From a virus (lineage: Duplodnaviria; Heunggongvirae; Uroviricota; Caudoviricetes), in IMG/VR virus record IMGVR_UViG_2695420876_000011: a DNA stretch of 10,601 nt; one strand, given 5' to 3'. The position numbers and the translations under genes are program-made. Under the pieces are notes generated by a model. That model saw only the letters and a program-made list of their open reading frames with translations, ran no database searches and had not been told where the DNA came from. Shown piece after piece: positions 6,896 through 10,601 of the stretch (within the stretch, counting starts at the first letter, position 1; the number at the start of each line of letters is the position of its first letter).

Positions 6896-7282
6896 ATGAA
6901 ATTTCAATTAAATAAGAATCAAATAGAAAAGTTAAGTATTGAACATTTTATAAATGAATCATCTATTAAAAACAGTTTTTCATTTTCACATACATGCAAG
7001 TATGATGAAGAAAAGAATAATGAGTTTATCATTTCTTTTAAATTTGAACTTACATCTGACAATGGTTTTAAACTTATTTTTACGCATAATTTCTTTTTTG
7101 AATGCGATGAACCAATTACAGAAGAGTTTTTACAGTCACATTACACATCAGTGAACGCTCCTGCTATTGCCTATCCTTATGTAAGAGCATTTGTGGCAAC
7201 ATTACTTTTAAACGCAGGCTTAGAGTCTGTTTTATTGCCTGCTGTTAATTTTGTTGAGCATGCTAAATCGCAAGATAAATGA
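6896..7282 (+). CDS. SecB-like chaperone (small SecB-family protein)
   Basis: The 128-aa product aligns by eye to E. coli SecB: N-terminal FQLNKNQIEKLSIEHF versus FQIQRIYTKDISFEAP, and C-terminal NAPAIAYPYVRAFVATLLLNAGLESVLLPAVNF versus [33 protein letters not shown] (pattern PY.R...........G.....L.PVNF). The ATG lies 1 nt after the preceding stop. Confidence 0.65.
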   Translation: MKFQLNKNQIEKLSIEHFINESSIKNSFSFSHTCKYDEEKNNEFIISFKFELTSDNGFKLIFTHNFFFECDEPITEEFLQSHYTSVNAPAIAYPYVRAFVATLLLNAGLESVLLPAVNFVEHAKSQDK

Positions 7283-7285
7283 TTA

Positions 7286-7314
7286 AAATGAGAGCAAATA
7301 AATTGCTCTCATTT
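7286..7314. terminator. Perfect 12-bp inverted repeat hairpin between convergent operon and integrase
   Basis: AAATGAGAGCAA-ATAAA-TTGCTCTCATTT. It lies 4 nt after the stop of the SecB-like gene and overlaps the integrase stop codon (7309-7311), so it could terminate both convergent transcripts. Confidence 0.5.
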
Positions 7315-8478
7315 ATACATGATATCATTTATGGTATTTTCGTTATCGTACTCTTTTAAATATCTTCCATAATGCCTAAATAGCATTTCTGGTCCTTTAT
7401 GTCCCATTTGTCCAGCAAGCCAAAATAGGTTCGCCCCTTGACTGATATGGCGAGTAGCGAATGTGTGTCTCGTTTGATATGGATTACGGTATCTGATTCC
7501 TGCTTTTCTCAATATTGGCACCCATGCTTTTTTCCTAATTGCATCAGCACTTGCCCAAGGTTTATTGGTCTTTGGATCTTCAAAGACTGTAGCATTCTTT
7601 ATGAATGTAAATGGCTTCTGGTTTATCAACGCCAACATTGCTTCTTCAGTCAGTTCAACTTTACGGGTACCGGCTTTTGTCTTTGTTCCTTTGATAACTC
7701 CGACAACACTTGCGCTCTGAACATGGGCTGTTTTTCCAACAAAGTCGATATCATGCCATCGTAGGGCACATAATTCAGAACTACGCAGGCCTGTATGTAT
7801 GGCGAACCGGAACAGATTTTCCCATTGTTTGTTTCCGGCTGCTGCTAGTAATGCATCAACTTCTGCTGGTGATAGCGGATCAACTACGTAGCTGCTTTCT
7901 GCTTCTGACTTATCACTTTGGTAGCGCGAAGCTGTTACTAACGATACGGGGTTAATTTGAAGTACCCCATCGGTCACGGCTTCATCAAGTGCTGACCGCA
8001 GGAAAGATAACTGGTTGCGAATGGTTTTTAAGGTCGTTTTCTGGCTTTGAATCCACGCTTTCAGGGTTGCTGGTGTTAATTCACTTGCAGGGCAAATGTG
8101 AAGTGAGGCTAACGCACTACGGCATTTTTTATAACCACCGATCGTGGATGGTGAAAGTTTCCTCGTTTCGCAGATTTCAAGATATTCGTCTAGGTACATT
8201 TTTACCGTTTTGCCAGCGGCAGCATTACCAAAAATTTTCAAACGAGCAGAACGGGGAAAATATTCTGCATAAATGAATGTTCCCCTTTCGATCTTATTAT
8301 GGATTTCGCCGAGTGTACGCTCGGCGTATTTAATGTTCTTTGGTGTTACTTCCAGATTGGAAAGCGGCTCACGACATCTAACTCCTTTGTAGGTGAAAGT
8401 TATATTGATCGTTTCTCCTTGGCGGTGTTTCCTGATTGTTACGCCGCGCGGTAGTTTGAGCAGTTTTGTCTGGCCCAT
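7309..8478 (-). CDS. int: Phage integrase, tyrosine recombinase family (389 aa)
   Basis: C-terminal catalytic domain motifs (...TGLRSSEL..., ...RHTFATRH..., ...FRHYGRYL with the nucleophile Tyr). The 5' end overlaps the excisionase-like gene by 40 nt, a lambda-like xis-int arrangement, and the gene is transcribed toward the att-like core. Confidence 0.9.
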   Translation of the reverse strand: MGQTKLLKLPRGVTIRKHRQGETINITFTYKGVRCREPLSNLEVTPKNIKYAERTLGEIHNKIERGTFIYAEYFPRSARLKIFGNAAAGKTVKMYLDEYLEICETRKLSPSTIGGYKKCRSALASLHICPASELTPATLKAWIQSQKTTLKTIRNQLSFLRSALDEAVTDGVLQINPVSLVTASRYQSDKSEAESSYVVDPLSPAEVDALLAAAGNKQWENLFRFAIHTGLRSSELCALRWHDIDFVGKTAHVQSASVVGVIKGTKTKAGTRKVELTEEAMLALINQKPFTFIKNATVFEDPKTNKPWASADAIRKKAWVPILRKAGIRYRNPYQTRHTFATRHISQGANLFWLAGQMGHKGPEMLFRHYGRYLKEYDNENTINDIMYK

Positions 8479-8657
8479 TTTGCCACCTCACTAAGATCAA
8501 TCCACCTCTCCTTAACGCCTTCAACCTTTAAAACCTGAACACCTTCACGCCAAACACCGCGCTGTACACGTTTGTTTATTGCTTCAGGAGTTTCGCCAGT
8601 TTCTTTGCAATAAGTTGAGATAGGAACACAATCGAGGTTCAGCATATGTTTCTCCAC
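8439..8657 (-). CDS. xis: Excisionase-like DNA-binding protein (Xis)
   Basis: 72-aa basic protein immediately upstream of and overlapping int. Size and position are typical for lambdoid Xis; the sequence (…TGETPEAINKRVQRGVWREGV…WIDLSEV…) is consistent with a small winged-helix excisionase. Confidence 0.6.
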   Translation of the reverse strand: MEKHMLNLDCVPISTYCKETGETPEAINKRVQRGVWREGVQVLKVEGVKERWIDLSEVAKWARQNCSNYRAA

Positions 8658-8733
8658 TTAGCCCGCTGCACACGGGCAGTAATATCAAATTCCAGTCCTG
8701 ATAATTAATTTTGTTCCCTAGTTGCTACCTGTT

Positions 8734-8919
8734 TTATTGTCCTGATGCTGTCCAGTAGCAGACGGCGACGCATGTTTGGTGCCCCCAACGGTTACCAGTC
8801 TTTTTGTCGTAGGATTCACAACGTCCGGCAACCCAGGACGTTTCAGTGGAATGTAATTTCATCCGCTTTTCACCGTCTCGGATGATAACAATTCCTGTAT
8901 GAGTTTTTATCACGCTCAT
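8734..8919 (-). CDS. Hypothetical small prophage protein (61 aa; YfdT-position)
   Basis: The ORF start overlaps the stop of the upstream DUF551-like gene (ATGA at 8916-8919), suggesting coupling. No recognisable motif. Confidence 0.3.
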   Translation of the reverse strand: MSVIKTHTGIVIIRDGEKRMKLHSTETSWVAGRCESYDKKTGNRWGHQTCVAVCYWTASGQ

Positions 8920-9278
8920 TTCTCAGTCTCTGGTGCTTTCTGCATTACTGCCCAGTGAGTGATATTGACGTTTTCAAGGTCCCCGACCTGAAATGTCCAC
9001 TGCCATTCTCCGGTTTCTTTTTGTCCCCAGGTGTACCAGAGAGAACGCCAGCCAATCAGCCAGCCTTCTCCGTTAGCATCAAATAACAGAACACTTTCAT
9101 TTGCTGGTGGCAGTTCAGCTGACACTGGTATTATTTTGTTTTCCAGTGCTGCACATTTAGCTTCAAGCGCATCGAATTTACGCACTAGGTATTCAGCATC
9201 TGTTTTATTTACTTTCAGATCTCGCGGTACACATCTCCCACGAAGAAACCCTTCCATTTCGAAAACATTCATGCGCAT
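8916..9278 (-). CDS. Prophage protein, DUF551-like (YfdS-like)
   Basis: 120-aa ORF with a Trp-rich C-terminal half (WLIGWRSLWYTWGQKETGEWQWTF), overlapping its neighbours at both ends within a minus-strand gene string. The family assignment is from recollection of YfdS-type proteins. Confidence 0.45.
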   Translation of the reverse strand: MRMNVFEMEGFLRGRCVPRDLKVNKTDAEYLVRKFDALEAKCAALENKIIPVSAELPPANESVLLFDANGEGWLIGWRSLWYTWGQKETGEWQWTFQVGDLENVNITHWAVMQKAPETEK

Positions 9279-9832
9279 TTGCGTAACTCCGATAACTCGT
9301 TAAAGCGTTCCATAAACATCCCGTAGGCATGGCCCGGTGCCAGTGGAATCACGTTGAACATCTCTGTTGCCGGGATACCTTCCAGTACAGGCCAGAAAGA
9401 GCCATCATCAAGCCCGAGATCGCGGCGTTCGGTTGCCAGCATGATGAGATCGGCATATTTCACGGGCGTACTCATAACTGGGGGTAACCCGTATTTCTCA
9501 CGGATTACGGCGTCTATTTTTTCTTCCATTTGTTTATAGTCAGGAAGAAGGCGTTTCAGTGGTGCGGGAATGTCCTGGCAATACGCTTCTGTTGCATCAT
9601 GCATTAACGCTTCAAAAGCAAATTCCTGCGGCACCAGCTGGCTGCAAAGAACCGCATGTTGGGCGACGCTGTAGAAGTGCGAAAGATGACCGGCAAAGCG
9701 ACAGATATTTGAAAGGGAAACCGCGATATCGTTAATATCGATGTCGTCTTTATTTATCCTGTCATAATAAAAATGCTTCCCGGAAAAAGTTTTAATAAAT
9801 GACATTTTGTTCTCCACGTATATGCGCTGCAC
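9269..9832 (-). CDS. HD-domain phosphohydrolase-like prophage protein (YfdR-like)
   Basis: The 187-aa product contains H...HD-type metal-binding motifs (HLSHFYSVAQHAVLC ... LMHDATEAY) characteristic of HD-superfamily hydrolases, at the position of yfdR in yfdQRST-type prophage modules. Confidence 0.6.
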   Translation of the reverse strand: MQRIYVENKMSFIKTFSGKHFYYDRINKDDIDINDIAVSLSNICRFAGHLSHFYSVAQHAVLCSQLVPQEFAFEALMHDATEAYCQDIPAPLKRLLPDYKQMEEKIDAVIREKYGLPPVMSTPVKYADLIMLATERRDLGLDDGSFWPVLEGIPATEMFNVIPLAPGHAYGMFMERFNELSELRKCA

Positions 9833-9897
9833 CGCGCTGAATTCTGGTAAAAAAAATCCCTCACCATCCGGCGATTATTGAGTAAATTACGTTTCCA

Positions 9898-9920
9898 TAA
9901 ATGCCCCCGCAGGGGCATTT
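9898..9920 (-). terminator. Intergenic GC-rich hairpin within early-left gene string (possible antitermination-sensitive terminator or processing site)
   Basis: AAATGCCCC-CGCA-GGGGCATTT, a 9-bp stem with a GC core and a 4-nt loop, in the 100-bp gap between two co-directional minus-strand genes. The T-tract on the transcribed strand is weak. Confidence 0.3.
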
Positions 9921-9932
9921 GCAGTAATGAAA

Positions 9933-10601
9933 TCAGGCGATGAAAGTACCAATAAAGGTTTCTACTTTGCTGTCCTTGAATTTCTCAACAAGCAGATCAC
10001 GAAATTCGTTAGCCATTTCTTCCTGCACCGCCTCCAGCTGAATAATGCGCAGAACCAGTACAGGACGATCGCCAGTGATAATACTGAGGCGTAATTTAAA
10101 CGGACGTTCTTTCAGACCTTCAAACGGAACGCATTTAAATTCAAATGCCACTGGCATAATGTCTTTGGTCTTCGCTTCGACAGACTCCATCAGGGAGCGT
10201 TTGCCGCTGAAGTCATTATCTTCAAAATCAGCGGTCTGGTTTGCTTCAATCGTGATTTTACGGACAGCCGCAGCCGCTTTTGTTGCCTGAATAGCGTCAC
10301 CATTAGCATCAAAGCCCACAAGATAGTCGGCCCAGTCTTCAATCCATTCTGCTAGTGACTTCTGGGAGTTACGCTCGCCGTTAACAGACAACAGAGCAGA
10401 GAACGGTGCTGTCTTTTTCAGTTTGAGTGTGGCGGTGTTATCTGCGTGACCTGGTTCATCAATAGTACCCAGGTTAAGCACACTGACGGCACGCATATTA
10501 TCAGCATCGATAAAGCAGCGGGTGCCTTCATCTGCAAGATCTTTAGAATAACGGGTAAAGTCATCGATGCTGGCAGTGGAAAGCGCACCACGGAAACGGA
10601 A
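9933..10601 (-). CDS. Prophage early-region protein, partial (5' end beyond window); possibly YfdQ-like
   Basis: The minus-strand frame is open from the window edge through the listed ATG (10496) to the stop at 9933, with no stop in the upstream 35 codons, so the ORF-track entry is a truncated view. Assignment to a YfdQ-like family is by position only. Confidence 0.5.
   Translation of the reverse strand, partial: FRFRGALSTASIDDFTRYSKDLADEGTRCFIDADNMRAVSVLNLGTIDEPGHADNTATLKLKKTAPFSALLSVNGERNSQKSLAEWIEDWADYLVGFDANGDAIQATKAAAAVRKITIEANQTADFEDNDFSGKRSLMESVEAKTKDIMPVAFEFKCVPFEGLKERPFKLRLSIITGDRPVLVLRIIQLEAVQEEMANEFRDLLVEKFKDSKVETFIGTFIA

Noticed and set aside
6954-7154. 66-aa alternative-frame ORF inside the SecB-like gene
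   Set aside because: It is nested in another frame of a gene with recognisable homology and is a spurious AT-rich ORF.
7438-8276. Three plus-strand ORFs (7438..7764, 7710..7955, 7989..8276)
   Set aside because: All are antisense to the integrase gene, which has clear catalytic motifs, so they are antisense artefacts.
9031-9539. Plus-strand ORFs 9031..9303 and 9354..9539
   Set aside because: They are antisense to the DUF551-like and HD-domain genes. Their Ser/Arg-rich translations are typical of antisense frames.
10045-10290. 81-aa plus-strand ORF
   Set aside because: It is antisense to the long minus-strand ORF that runs off the window edge.
1-10601. CRISPR arrays, rRNA or complete tRNA genes
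   Set aside because: No regularly spaced direct repeats were seen, and nothing with rRNA or tRNA structure apart from the 30-nt tmRNA 3'-end fragment reported as an att core.

Overview
This window reads as a junction between lambdoid prophage sequence carrying type III secretion effector cargo and the integrase end of a second phage-like element, as seen in attaching/effacing E. coli (EHEC/EPEC-like); the organism assignment is an inference from gene content. Left to right: the 3' end of a collagen-like tail-fibre gene and a small ORF; an AT-rich effector cassette (N-terminally truncated NleG-family gene, a 352-aa effector-like gene possibly of EspW type, a full-length NleG-family U-box gene, an EspM-family WxxxE gene); a tail-fibre-assembly (tfa) remnant with an in-frame amber stop; a dinI-like gene behind two tandem LexA boxes; a 30-bp copy of the tmRNA (ssrA) 3' end that looks like a phage attachment core; a degraded IS5-family element; a three-gene operon; then convergent integrase, excisionase and a YfdT/S/R/Q-like early-left gene string running off the window. 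The most interesting feature is the three-gene operon (5963..7282) between the attachment core and the integrase: a protein with H-Y-E-class ADP-ribosyltransferase-like motifs, a small unknown protein, and a SecB-like chaperone. I interpret it as a candidate, apparently undescribed toxin-antitoxin-chaperone (TAC)-like or anti-phage module. All calls rest on reading the sequence and recalled family signatures; no database search was run.
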